Assembly: GCA_000934665.2 (NCBI GenBank)
Contig: JYFJ02000540.1
Coordinates: forward strand, 62,001 to 126,000
DNA from: Catajapyx aquilonaris
Taxonomy: Eukaryota
Length of the DNA: 64,000 bases
Direction: 5' to 3'
The notes beneath the pieces were generated by a model. The model searched no databases. It worked only from the letters and a program-made list of their open reading frames with translations, and had not been told where the DNA came from. This document shows positions 50,501 to 59,390 of this stretch, in pieces. The translations under genes and the position numbers were made by a program. Every line of letters begins with the position of its first letter. Position 1 is the stretch's first letter.

Positions 50501-53079
50501 GCTAGCGCAACGTCTCAATGTAGCCGCAATAATATGTCATCAGAGCTGTATCATAAATAAAAGCTGCACTTATGACTGTCAAGTAGGTCCGTGGAAGAAT
50601 GATAAAGTGCATATTGATTCCCTTTCTTGGCCCATTTCGCACGCCAAAAAATTGCATGGAGAGCAGTCTTTGGCTAAAAAAAATAAACGCGAAACTCCCC
50701 GAGTGTTCCGCACGATCGAATTCTCTACATAACAAAAAAAAAGCGCAATTACTCGATTTTTCGCTTCCATTTTTCTTTGCAGCACTTGGAAGGCACCTTG
50801 CTTGCTAAGACCCTGCCCGCATCACATTTTTCAGAGCCCACATCTTCCTTTCATCAAATGACTCAGGCAGCAACTTTGTCTCTCCNNAAAAAAAAGTGGC
50901 AACGGACTAGATTTAGTGCTGGAAGCTCCAGCAACAACTTACGCACAGCAACCCTCATTGTCTGAGAGAAAAAAGCACCGCCTTTTTACCTTCTCCACTC
51001 TGCACTTCACTGTCCCCAAGATGGCCCAAGACCTAATTTACCCAACCTTTTTCTTCTCACAAAAAAAATTGTTTTATGTAGCAACCTTCTCAGTAGCAGT
51101 GACCAAAATTAGCTTCTACGCTATTTCGAGCTGCAACCACAGCCGCCATTACCGAAGCTCCTTTTAATGAGTCTGGAAAGTTAGGCTTTCGGAGTCCTGG
51201 CACTTGAGATATTTGAGAGTGTTGTACCGAATCCACCGAAGTCCCTTTGGAGGATCGTGGAACCAGTTTTATCCCCCAACACCTGATCCTGACTTTTCAT
51301 GCAATCGGCCAATTCCAACGCCAGTCAAAGGGCCCAACTTCACCCCTCAGGAGGGAGAGAGAGACGCTTGCTTGTTGTATTAGTTGACTCGTTTCCAAAC
51401 CCTAGGGAGATAATGTTGATTCTGTTTCGCCCAGTTTGTTTCCGGCTGAAATTTCGGGTAGAGCGGGGAAGACTCTGAGGCCTAACGATAATGTTTGGGC
51501 CCATTTTACTCGAATCTCCGCTGCCAGTTCGCCCAATTCCGGGTTTGAGCCTGGGTATTAATAAGCCGAGATGTGCAGCTTGAAGCACCATGCTGCTCCA
51601 ATCTCCCCGGGCTTCATAATCGTTATGCATGTTTGATTTCAAATTTGACACCGTTCCAGAAACGGCTGCTGGACTTATTCCAAACGGCCCGTAACTCGCT
51701 AATGAAGAGTCCCCTCGGAAGATAATGAACGTTGCGTGCGCATATTTTTGCTAACGATGGCATCATTGTTATATGGGGCTTTACATTATCGTAAAAAAAT
51801 GTCGGAGAGGGCCCAATGGGAAATTTCCAGAATTACGAGCCAACAGAGTTTTTTTTTTGGCGGGAAAAAAATTTCCCCGCCAAAAAAATTCAGCCGCAGC
51901 CAACATCACCAACCATAAGATTTAGAACTCTTTCCGGATTTACTGCCATTGTAGGTTGTAAAAAGCCACGGAAATTCAAATGAGAGTATCCAGCAGGATT
52001 CAAACTCTGCGTTTCTGGTGCGGTTCAGTACATAAACTCTGGACGTGAAGTGTGAGACCAGTTAATTGTGTTTCTATAATAATGTGCAAACGATCTCGTA
52101 TAATGTATTTTTTATCCGGACGCAAAAGACAGAGTATTGACGCACCACAAATCCATGTTCTTGCTTTTGCTTTTGCTGACTTATAAGGTGCAGTGAACAT
52201 AACAATCGGCATAATATCTATAGGTGTTAAAATATGAGTAAAATAAAAATATTCACATTATTGTCTATAAGTTGCCAATTATTTCGTGACTAATATTGTC
52301 GCAGTGTAGTAACTTAAGCACTTTCGCAAAAAAAATGTGGTAGAGACACCATATAACGTAACTGAATAATTCAGCACCTATAAAGTGTAAGGGTCACCAG
52401 AATTCCCTGCAATAAATGCAGAGACTTTTAAATTTCAAAATGTTATGCCGTGTACTAATCGTAAACATTTTTCGTCCATCCCTCTTCGCCATATAACCTC
52501 CACAATTAACTTTTCAAATCGCAGGTTCCTGTGGCGCCAAAGTCAGGAGAAAAGGTGCTGGATACGGTTCTTGACGAGTGATAAACCCCGACAGCAGAGA
52601 CACATTTCCGCCATTCAGGTGCGACAGTACACGCCAACTTGACTTTCAAATTCATCCCTGTCTGCTTTTCCTTTCCCTTCTTGCTTCTAGTAACTTTGAA
52701 GCTCCGAGCAAACACGACCCAAGACGAGTTCCTTCACATGTTAATACGCCCCTCGCGGTTGGTGCCAAAGGAAAGCAAATGAGGCTCCCTCCAAATTTGA
52801 ATCGGATTATGCGCTCGGTATACACAGAGGCTTGCATCGGGAATTAGTGGGGTTGACATCCCCCACCCCCAAAAAAGGAGAGGACTTCATGACAATCTTA
52901 CCTGAGTCCAGGGACTGATGAGAGCTCGTTTCCTGTGGCGTCCAGCCAGTGTATTTCGGGTGCTGGGCTGCCATGGGCCGAACAACTTAACCTGGCGCCG
53001 GTCACGTTGGAGAACTCGATCTTGGAAGGTGGCTCGTAGATAAACACTGGGCCTTGGAAGGGTGTCAGCGCCTGGGAGG
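5254..53079 (-). CDS. Dscam: Dscam-family cell adhesion molecule, partial spliced CDS (Ig1-Ig6, 9 exons, 1779 nt / 593 codons)
   Basis: Exon lengths are 178, 143, 169, 140, 121, 211, 235, 309 and 273 nt, all with GT-AG boundaries. Phases match across every junction (1-2, 2-1, 1-2, 2-1, 1-2, 2-0, 0-1, 1-1, 1-1). The translation carries Dscam-typical motifs: GPVFIYEPP..IEFSN..GA.L.C.A.G.P.P.I.W, NGTLYFPPFRAEDY...VHSATY.C.A.N..G.IVSR, RGN.AVLRC..P, SGDLHIR, APEL.YTFIEQTLQPGPSVSLKC.ASG.P.P, GDVISHVNI..VR.EDGG.Y.C, CPVAGYP and RQRVF.NGTL. The paralogue cannot be assigned by eye. Confidence 0.95.
7410..7498. repeat. Direct tandem duplication of ~45 bp headed by a poly-C run
   Basis: (c)n-ttttcactatgattgagcacaacaaggcgcc occurs twice, identical apart from the C-run length. 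Confidence 0.85.
8251..8559 (-). CDS. Dscam: Dscam exon: Ig5
   Basis: Acceptor cactttttcag|CA, donor GTATG|gtaggt. Encodes (A)IAPELQYTFIEQTLQPGPSVSLKCTASGSPPPQILW...GDVISHVNISHVRVEDGGEYKCVARNMIGSAQHSAGLNVY(G). 309 nt, phase 1 to 1. Confidence 0.95.
10371..10605 (-). CDS. Dscam: Dscam exon: Ig4
   Basis: Acceptor ttgtctgactctcag|GTG, donor GGAG|gtaaag. Encodes VVDTGQTAIFNCSVMGFPLIRTTWLKDGRPLVTSQRVRLLGSEVLLIQPVQREDRGMYQCVAKGNGDSAQGSAELNLG. 235 nt, phase 0 to 1. Preceded by a 94-nt intron. Confidence 0.94.
10700..10910 (-). CDS. Dscam: Dscam exon: C-terminal half of Ig3 plus start of Ig4
   Basis: Acceptor atccctcacag|A, donor CAGCAG|gtaata. Encodes (K)WYRESGGQLVEVEGSQRLSRRHSILLLSRALPADAGRYVCVVRNSVGEQRRELALSVSSQLTAHIQPQQQ. 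211 nt, phase 2 to 0. Confidence 0.92.
11887..12007 (-). CDS. Dscam: Dscam exon: N-terminal half of Ig3 (positional equivalent of Drosophila Dscam1 variable exon 6)
   Basis: Long pyrimidine tract then ttctcttgttag|AA, donor TACAA|gtaagc. Encodes (E)PQRSEPPRITTNEGATILVQESYPAHLDCAATGYPAPTY(K). 121 nt, phase 1 to 2. Confidence 0.92.
13305..13444 (-). CDS. Dscam: Dscam exon: C-terminal half of Ig2
   Basis: Acceptor tttgtaattccag|G, donor ACTG|gtaagt. Encodes (R)YTMTTSGDLHIRDINLNDSYYRYRCQTRNKLTGERVTSSAGQILVT(E). 140 nt, phase 2 to 1. Read directly from the sequence; it is too short for the ORF track. Confidence 0.93.
17601..17744. repeat. Minisatellite, 25-bp unit, about 5.5 copies
   Basis: Units start at 17621, 17646, 17671, 17696 and 17721. 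Consensus gagctaggcctagttggcccacatg, with palindromic core ctaggcctag. Confidence 0.92.
20778..20946 (-). CDS. Dscam: Dscam exon: N-terminal half of Ig2 (positional equivalent of Drosophila Dscam1 variable exon 4)
   Basis: Acceptor ttttctctcttctag|TT, donor GGAAG|gtactg. Encodes (V)VAQPYTVQVYNVVVVRGNVAVLRCSVPDFVRDLVEVTGWLRDENLLGQTPLPGAG(R). 169 nt, phase 1 to 2. Confidence 0.92.
21261..21448. mobile_element. TA-flanked MITE (Tc1/mariner-pogo superfamily type), 188 bp
   Basis: TA at 21259-60 and 21449-50. TIR ccttcaaactgggtgagattgtgccag vs reverse complement ccgtcaaacggggtgagattgtgccag (25/27 identical), extending imperfectly inward. Confidence 0.8.
22323..22589. mobile_element. Non-autonomous piggyBac-type element (MITE), 267 bp
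   Basis: TTAA lies on both sides (22319-22322 and 22590-22593). Termini are CCCTGGAAC...GTTCCAGGG. A ~30-bp inverted repeat (aactgtgatgtggggtcttttaggacccca vs tggggtcctaaaagaccccgcgtcacggtt) sits asymmetrically relative to the two ends. The interior is AT-rich. Confidence 0.85.
26525..26905 (+). mobile_element. Helentron-associated / DINE-1-like non-autonomous element
   Basis: T-rich 5' end with subterminal cttttt-ctcgtcg, imperfectly inverted at caatgagaaaag (26853-26864). It has a ctgtccgcctgtgtgtccgtctgtg microsatellite-like block and a 3' stem-loop aatcac-N6-gtgatt (26874-26891) followed by a T-rich end. A second diverged copy lies at ~32150-32612. Confidence 0.6.
29498..29692 (-). mobile_element. 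Non-autonomous Helitron-like element, copy A
   Basis: Inverted homologue of copy B. On the minus strand it ends ...gctcagtgagc (palindrome)...gtgtttttCTAG|T, which fits the hairpin plus CTRR 3' terminus followed by T. Confidence 0.6.
29695..29821. mobile_element. Short TA-flanked pogo/Tigger-like MITE remnant
   Basis: TA|cagttgaatc ... gattcgagtg|TA (8/10 TIR), with four internal (c/t)gg(a/c/t)tataaca motifs. It abuts the Helitron-like copy at 29498-29692. Confidence 0.55.
32150..32612 (+). mobile_element. Second copy of the DINE-1/Helentron-like element, interrupted by a Helitron-like insertion
   Basis: 32150-32310 aligns by eye to 26555-26725 (tatagaac..ctctgtccg..gtatcagg.cctaaa.cgcaa...caacttccggt...gttcact). 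32563-32612 (caatgagaaaa..gt.tactcgaa....ctcgcg...gtcaa) aligns to 26853-26900. Confidence 0.6.
32315..32545 (+). mobile_element. Non-autonomous Helitron-like element, copy B
   Basis: Starts A|TCTAGATTATTAAAATCC (5' TC after A). Roughly 80% identical by eye over ~155 bp to the reverse complement of 29537-29692. The 3' end is degenerate. Confidence 0.6.
36342..36434. repeat. Tandem repeat, ~31-bp unit, 3 diverged copies
   Basis: acatcaatcagtctaatttactctcaccggg / acatcaaccaatctaatttattctcaccggg / cctcgaacccaatctaattcatcctcagtgg. Confidence 0.8.
36537..36690 (+). mobile_element. Possible 5' fragment of a Helitron-like non-autonomous element
   Basis: A|TC start, then tataaagcagaaggtttgttggtatgtctgtcacgc...ctgaaacttggcaca, a layout resembling arthropod Helitron 5' ends. 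A similar short motif lies at ~54800-54835. No 3' end was identified. Confidence 0.35.
36793..36935 (-). CDS. Dscam: Dscam exon: C-terminal half of Ig1
   Basis: Acceptor ttttctctgtgtgtttccag|G, donor GGAG|gtcagt. Encodes (R)EVLANGTLYFPPFRAEDYTSGVHSATYQCVASNPSGSIVSREIKVRG(V). 143 nt, phase 2 to 1. The ORF track does not show this frame. Confidence 0.93.
44279..44374 (+). repeat. Dispersed repeat, unclassified (copy 1 of an inverted pair)
   Basis: ttctctccgtcagatgtttgtccgacctgatagtacagctatctctcgcatgacctgagggtggcaggagtgtgca..atgcgccatctgtgc closely matches the reverse complement of 58564-58662. Confidence 0.85.
46746..47210. mobile_element. Old MITE-like element with degenerate long inverted ends
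   Basis: Left agggtcattc...tcgacatttttgac vs right reverse complement agggcactc...tcgccatttttgtc. There is an inner inverted match caaaatcgcat / atgcgattttg. Confidence 0.4.
47210..47782. repeat. 288-bp-period direct duplication separated by a single N (probable assembly artefact)
   Basis: 47210-47494 and 47498-47782 are identical except for one substitution I noticed (gatctattc vs gatatattc). The N is at 47495. Confidence 0.85.
52902..53079 (-). CDS. Dscam: Dscam exon: end of leader plus N-terminal half of Ig1
   Basis: Acceptor ttgttaattgcag|CC, donor CTCAG|gtaaga. Encodes (A)SQALTPFQGPVFIYEPPSKIEFSNVTGARLSCSAHGSPAPEIHWLDATGNELSSVPGL(R). 178 nt, phase 1 to 2. Confidence 0.93.
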
Positions 53080-56000
53080 CTGCAATTAACAAGAGAGGAC
53101 AATCTTGGTTTATATTCACTGACATCACGTCACAATCACGTCACTTTGAGCTGTCATAGCTATAGAACGCAAATGAAGCGATAATCCGCTTCTCTGCATG
53201 CACTTTTTATCAACAACATATGCGACTATATATAGATGTAAAGTGATTTCAAAGGCTGCGTCGTAAAGGATTATATTAGAGCCCAGTGCAGCAGCTGTTA
53301 CAGGAAAAGCAATTTGCTCGTGCGATATAATTTTTTGACCGCAGTAGCAGAGAAGCAGCAATTCGAGCAGGGTCTCTCAGCCGAGCTAATGCTCGCATTG
53401 CAAGAAAATGGGCGATGCAAACTGATTCCCAAGACGTCAAAGCTCATTCAAATGCGATTCCATCCGCTTGCACAGCTCCGACGCTTCAAAGACGAGGCCC
53501 GACGTAATGTCAGGATTTGTGCCCCTCTTTTGAGTGGCGCATGTGTACGGCCTTGGTAAAATCACAGGGGCCCCTGATGTGTAGTTCATTTGCAGCGACG
53601 GATGTTTACCATCAGTTTCAACCCGACTTGTTTGCCCATTGACGTACAGCAAACCGTCCTTTCATTGGTGCAACCCTCATCGAAGCGGTGGGCCTCAAAA
53701 GCGCATTTTTTTCACCATGGTTCTAACAAGCCAGGAAACACCCACAAACAGACACCATGTTGACTCATATGTGCTGCTGACATAACTTTAAAAAAAAGGC
53801 CTGCAACACTACAGTGTCAGCTTCCGTTACAAAAGAGCAAGCCAAAAACTGCCCTCCAGGTTTTACACATTAAAAAAACCCGGCCCAACAATACTACTCA
53901 GAAATGATTCACGAGTCATATAAAAATGAACATTAAAAAAAATCCCAGCTCGAAATTACCACCATAAATTAATACCAAAACGAATTAGCAGCCAACTCGG
54001 TGGAGAGCTAGAAAAAAAAGGAGCTATCCTGAAAAAACTGGCGCTTCTGTGGAACATTAGAAAACGCCACTGGTAGTATTTCACATGCCCTGCATCATCT
54101 CGTCCATTCAGATAATTTCGCCAAGAACATCAAGGGTCGATGATGCTAGTTGGAACTGGTAATGATCACCCCCCGCAAAAAAAAAATCTGACCAAGCGGA
54201 CGGGTCAAAATGATGGGAAATAGCTATAGGAGATAATGACGCATAGAGTTGGTTTAATCCAGCATGGGTTTGCATCTCAATTGGGAAAAACCTTGGTACG
54301 GCCCAGCACAAATTGCGTTTGTTTCCTTGCTTCCCCAAACTGCAACACGCCACAGCGAGCACCGATATTGCTCTGGCCTTATGCCGTGATACACACACAC
54401 ACAGTCATATACTCTCGTGTGTATACGGGTCGGGGCAAGCACACAGCTGCATGGGTTGGAAAATGAGCCAAAGCTGGCCGACTTTTCCTTCAGTGTGCAT
54501 TAGTTACGGGGTTGTAACTGCACAGCCAGCGCCGCCATACACCGGACGAATAATATCGAGCCAGGGGAATTATGGGTCAGTTTTCATCCCCACATGCTGC
54601 TTGTTTGTCATGCCATGGTCGAGGGGAAAAAATTCGGACTGCAAAAAGTGGCGGTCAGAGTGCAAGGCATTTGCTCCACATTTTTCTGTGCCACTGTGTG
54701 CAAAGAGGCGAAAGGAATTAACCTGGAATTTGTCTGGGGGGGGGGGCAACGACCCTGCTCATTCTGCTTTAAAAGACTTGTAAATATTACATAAATGTAC
54801 ATATATGAAGGGGAAAGTTTGTTTGTTTGTCCCACACCTGCAGCTACCCTTTACCACTACTCGCATCTCTTTGGTTTAGGCTTAGGTTAATTAGGAAGAA
54901 GCCAAAGCAGCTATGTCTATCTGCATATTAGAAGACATAAATGTGAGTAGAATTAGCAAAATATTTGCGAGAATCCCTGTGACATCCCGGATCCTGGCAG
55001 CCCCACCTCCTTTTTCTAGCTTGAGAGACCTCATCAGTTAGATCCCATCAACCTAACCTCCCCGAGTTTGGCCTGACGTTTATGGTCGGGGCATCATTCC
55101 CATGCCAACCCCTGCGTCTGTCGATACTTTTCTATCCTCCCAACCACCCCCGGTCTTTTCTACTCCAGGAGCAGCCTGGATATATATATATAACCGAAAG
55201 GCACATCTACCCCAAAAAAGCCTCCCCGGCACAAGCACAGCGGGAAGTCGTTAGATCACAGCAGCCTTACTCAGGCCCCACCCAAATATTACTTTCCAAG
55301 GATTTTTTTTTTTGCACGCCAAGGCCTCTTCTGACACATTTCGCAAAAAATATGCTCAGACTGCAGGTTGCGATACAGGTCTGGAATGGCTTATTAGAAC
55401 CCTGCAGAGGCCTCGGGTGTGCTTCACAGGTAAAATATTATGCCGGAGCATTAATTTTTATTTATGGGCCTATGTAGGTGCGCGAATATATTTGCATTCG
55501 TTATAAAAGGGGGAGGGGGGAGCTCTCACTTTTTTGCATCGATTTGCAGCCGTGTGAGAGCCAAATGGTACACGGGCTTTTCGGTCCACGAGGCACGTAC
55601 GCCCAAAAATACGCGGAAACATTGTGTGCACACTGGCAATATCGACGAGGAGAGAGGAAAATACGCTTCTGATCACTGAAAATGTCTTCGTTTCTATGCA
55701 TAACCTATTTTCCACTCGGGTGGAGACCTGAATAATTTCCCTGAAAATGCTTCTCCCTCCGATGCATAATTCATGCCACTTGTTAGAAGCCCGCATTGTT
55801 ATGTACCAGTAACAATGGAGGATACTGCAATGAGCAATACATTTAGGCCGTTGCTGAAATCTGTTACGGTATTAATTTCACTGGCATGGCGGTAAATCGT
55901 GTGTAACAGCCGCACAGCCTGGATCTTCCGAAATCTCTTCCTTTCCGCCATGTTACTAAGTTTCCTCCAGCAAAGCCTTATCTTCTATCGACACGACTGC

Positions 56001-58563
56001 AGGAGAGACCTGCTATGCTCTGAGGCTTCTCAGTTTGCGCCAAGTGGTCGAAAATGGTTAGGTCGAAACGTGTGGTCCTGGTCAAATGGCGTCCAAATGC
56101 TGGAGAGGCTTGGCTTGAATTATGCATCGTAGGTATATTTTTTTTGCCAAACGATTTTTTGGGGCGGTGATTTACACTTTTAGAGAGTCGTCAATGGATA
56201 TTTTTTTTTTCTTCCAACCGGATGTTTCCCCTCTCGAGCTCTGCATGATAGCGACTCATAAACATGGCTGTTAACTAGTACACACCTCTCACCAAGGGTT
56301 GTAGGGCGTCATCTGCCTACTAAACCCTAAATTTAGAACTCATATCCCTAGCTAAACAGGCCAGGTCCGCATTTCCCTGGTGCAAAATTCGGCATTCTGT
56401 ATAGGTTGGCTGGCCAAAATGCCCAGAGCGAAATTCAAAAGATGTTGACTAACTTTACGCATCATAACGTCAGTTATGGCGTACAAAAAGGTTGTCCAGC
56501 TATACTTTTGTCATTATAAATAAATTATTGTACTGTTTACTCTCAGGCTGTGAAATGTTTTTATTATTCTAACAAATCTGAAATTTAAAAAAAGTGAAAG
56601 ATTTAAAAATGCAGGCGAATTTTCTAGTCTGAATTGAAGTTTGGAGAGGAAAAAAAAGAAGCTGTGTGAATGCATCTCGTGCAAATGCCGTGAGTGTAGA
56701 TGATCATAAAAATCCGACGCTGCATTTACCCTTTCTGATTTATTGATAAATCCCTCTCGTATCTGAACTGGCAAGATGCAGGCATGTATAGGTGGCGTAC
56801 AAAAAAAAAAGAGGAGTAACCCGGAACCGTAAAGCCAACACTTGTAGGCGAGAGAAGAAGTGGAGAGGAGAGGAAGGGGAAAAAGGAAGCCGAGGCCATG
56901 TTGCCTTTGGGATGGTATATCCGAGAGGCCGAGCTCCTTTATATGCTGCGCCATTTGCATAAACTTGCCTCCCGCCAACTCTTCCCGCCAACTCTTCTTC
57001 TTCTTCTTTTTTTTTTTATCTCGGCCTCACTTCCCGCTCTTTACACGGCCCAGAGACCGGTCGATGGCTCTGTTTCCTCAGGCCTGCAAGAAGAGATCAG
57101 CCTCTCTCTTTTTTTGGGGCACGGCGCGGCTCTCCTCGGGTCCATCAGCTCCTTCAGGATGATTTCGAGAGGTAAAGCGTTACGAGGAAAAAGCTTCCGC
57201 CAGTTGGCGCCCTTGTAGCAAAACCCGCCCTGAGCTGTCATGGCCGCATATTCTAGAAGGTATAACGACTTTTCCTGGTTGTTGCTGAAATTGTTACAAT
57301 TAGACGATTGTTGATGGACAGAACCAGCAGGAAGCTCATTGTTGAGTGTAATAACCGCCATATGGCATCAAATATTCCATCTGCGGGTATTCACATGGAG
57401 GTGTTGTTTTAGCAAAGTTTGGGTCATCAGGCTTCAGTTTTGTTGAAACATGACTCCGAGGGCACCTGCTTTTTTTTGCACATACGCGTACTTTTTTTTT
57501 GCAGATATTCAAATGTGTAACAAGAGGAAAATTAATTTTCCGGCCTCTACATATTTAGGCGCGCACGTACAGTACAACTCGTATAAATTATCCCCTTGTG
57601 TAATCAGACGTAAATATGCACGCTGCATACCACTGGTTAGGAAAACGTGACTTTAATCGCTACACCGTTAAGCCAATATTGACTTTGAAAACCATAGTGA
57701 TGCTGCAGAGAGATTCCGGGTTACGAACACTACGCAAGCTACGTTCGTTTCGCGAAAAAAAACTCGATTGCGATAATGTCATTGCATTCACGCTATATTA
57801 TGCTTACCTGTGGCCATGAATTGTAATGATCACATCGTCTAGTTTTAGCCGAAGAGTTTGCCAAAAAAAAACGAACTGAAATATATTGTAAACGCGCAGA
57901 AAATGAATCCAATTATGGCGAATCTTATTATAATTTATTTGCGGTCAGCTCAAACCCCGGATTTCTGTTGTTATATCCAACCCAAATGTTGTTTGATCAG
58001 TTTAATCATAAACGCATTTCGAGGGAGGAGTGTAATTAGTTGAATATTAGCTCGTTTTAAACTAAATACGATTATACTTCGGCATAATACCGGGGACAGT
58101 TGTTTATGGTTATTTGCTCCACTAGTTAAACGGATGAAATATGGGCCATTGCGCTTCATTTAATTGACATGACGTACTGCCTCTGGTGTACTCGTATCAT
58201 GGGCAGTTTATAATAACCCAAAACTGTGTCCCGTATTTTTAAAACCAACAAATTAACGCTCCGCAACGCATGCAAAATATGTTAAAAGTGCATAACTCCA
58301 TCATTATTTCCCCCCAGATTCCTGCATTACATACAAAATATAGAATATTAATTTCGAGCCAAATTGTCATGTGTTTGTAACTGTTATGTTTATCAGAAAT
58401 GTGTGTCCCAAGTCTGTAATTTTATAGGTGAAAAATCTGATTTTTTTTTCTGGCCAAGAGTGTCCTTATTAGGACCGCGTTGCCAAAATTTGGCAAAACC
58501 AATGAGTATTACAGTGACAATTTAATGAGATGGTCCGGTGATTTATTTACCACGTAGGTATCG

Positions 58564-58662
58564 TCAGGCATAGATGGCGCATTCTCTGCACACTCCCGCC
58601 ACCTTCAGGTCGTGCGAGAGATAGCGATACTTTCAGGTCGGACAAACATCCGACGGAGAGAA
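58564..58662 (-). repeat. Dispersed repeat, unclassified (copy 2 of an inverted pair)
   Basis: The reverse complement reads ttctctccgtcggatgtttgtccgacctgaaagtatcgctatctctcgcacgacctgaaggtggcgggagtgtgcagagaatgcgccatctatgcctga. Confidence 0.85.
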
Positions 58663-59323
58663 TAAGCCTATTAGGAGAAGGATTGCTGTCCGTTGTCCGG
58701 CACCTTTGCAGAGTCCGGTGATGCCTGCTCCAAGAGTCATCTAACCAGAGATCAATCGCCCTTCCGACCGACTTCACCTTTTGACTAAATTGCTTTTAAC
58801 CCTACCTCCAATTTGTTTTCCCTGTAAATGAAAAGGGTTGAGGCTCTCCCTCTTGTTCTTTTTTTTCTCTTCTCTCTCACCATCCCTCTTCCTAGATCCT
58901 AGAACCCTCCCAAAGTGCCGATTAGTCCAGAAGGCTTCTCCCTCTCCCTTTCCGTGTGCCGAAGAAATTAATGCAAATTCCCGCTGGTAACGACCCTTTC
59001 CCCCAGCGTGATGCTCAACTCTGGGTGGGGACGACTTGCAGTCGGAGCAGAAGTGAAATGCCTCTTCGCCTGGGCTACTTCCAGTCGGCACCTGCACGGG
59101 ATTTGTCCGTTTTGCGAATTAATTCGCGACCAAAGAGGATTTAGCTCAAGCAGTACTGGCTCCACGTGGATCGAGATGTCGCAGGTGCTGCCAGCTATCT
59201 CTTATTCCCAACTTTGAAGCTTAACAGCCGTCGACACTCATTATAACCATACTCTTGCAACAATTTCTCAAAACGGCACATGCTGCCCATGTTTTATATG
59301 CAAAAATTGGCACTTTTGGTACC

Positions 59324-59390
59324 AGTCAGCTCGATGCACCCGGGGGCTAGTCACCTCGATGCACCCGGGGGCTAGTCACCTCGATGCACC
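59324..59390. repeat. Tandem repeat, 25-bp unit, about 2.7 copies
   Basis: agtcacctcgatgcacccgggggct is repeated nearly perfectly. Confidence 0.92.

Noticed and set aside
20947..52901. The first two introns are almost equal in length (15,966 and 15,846 nt)
   Set aside because: I saw no collinear similarity between them, and one is inflated by a probable 288-bp artefact. Treated as coincidence.
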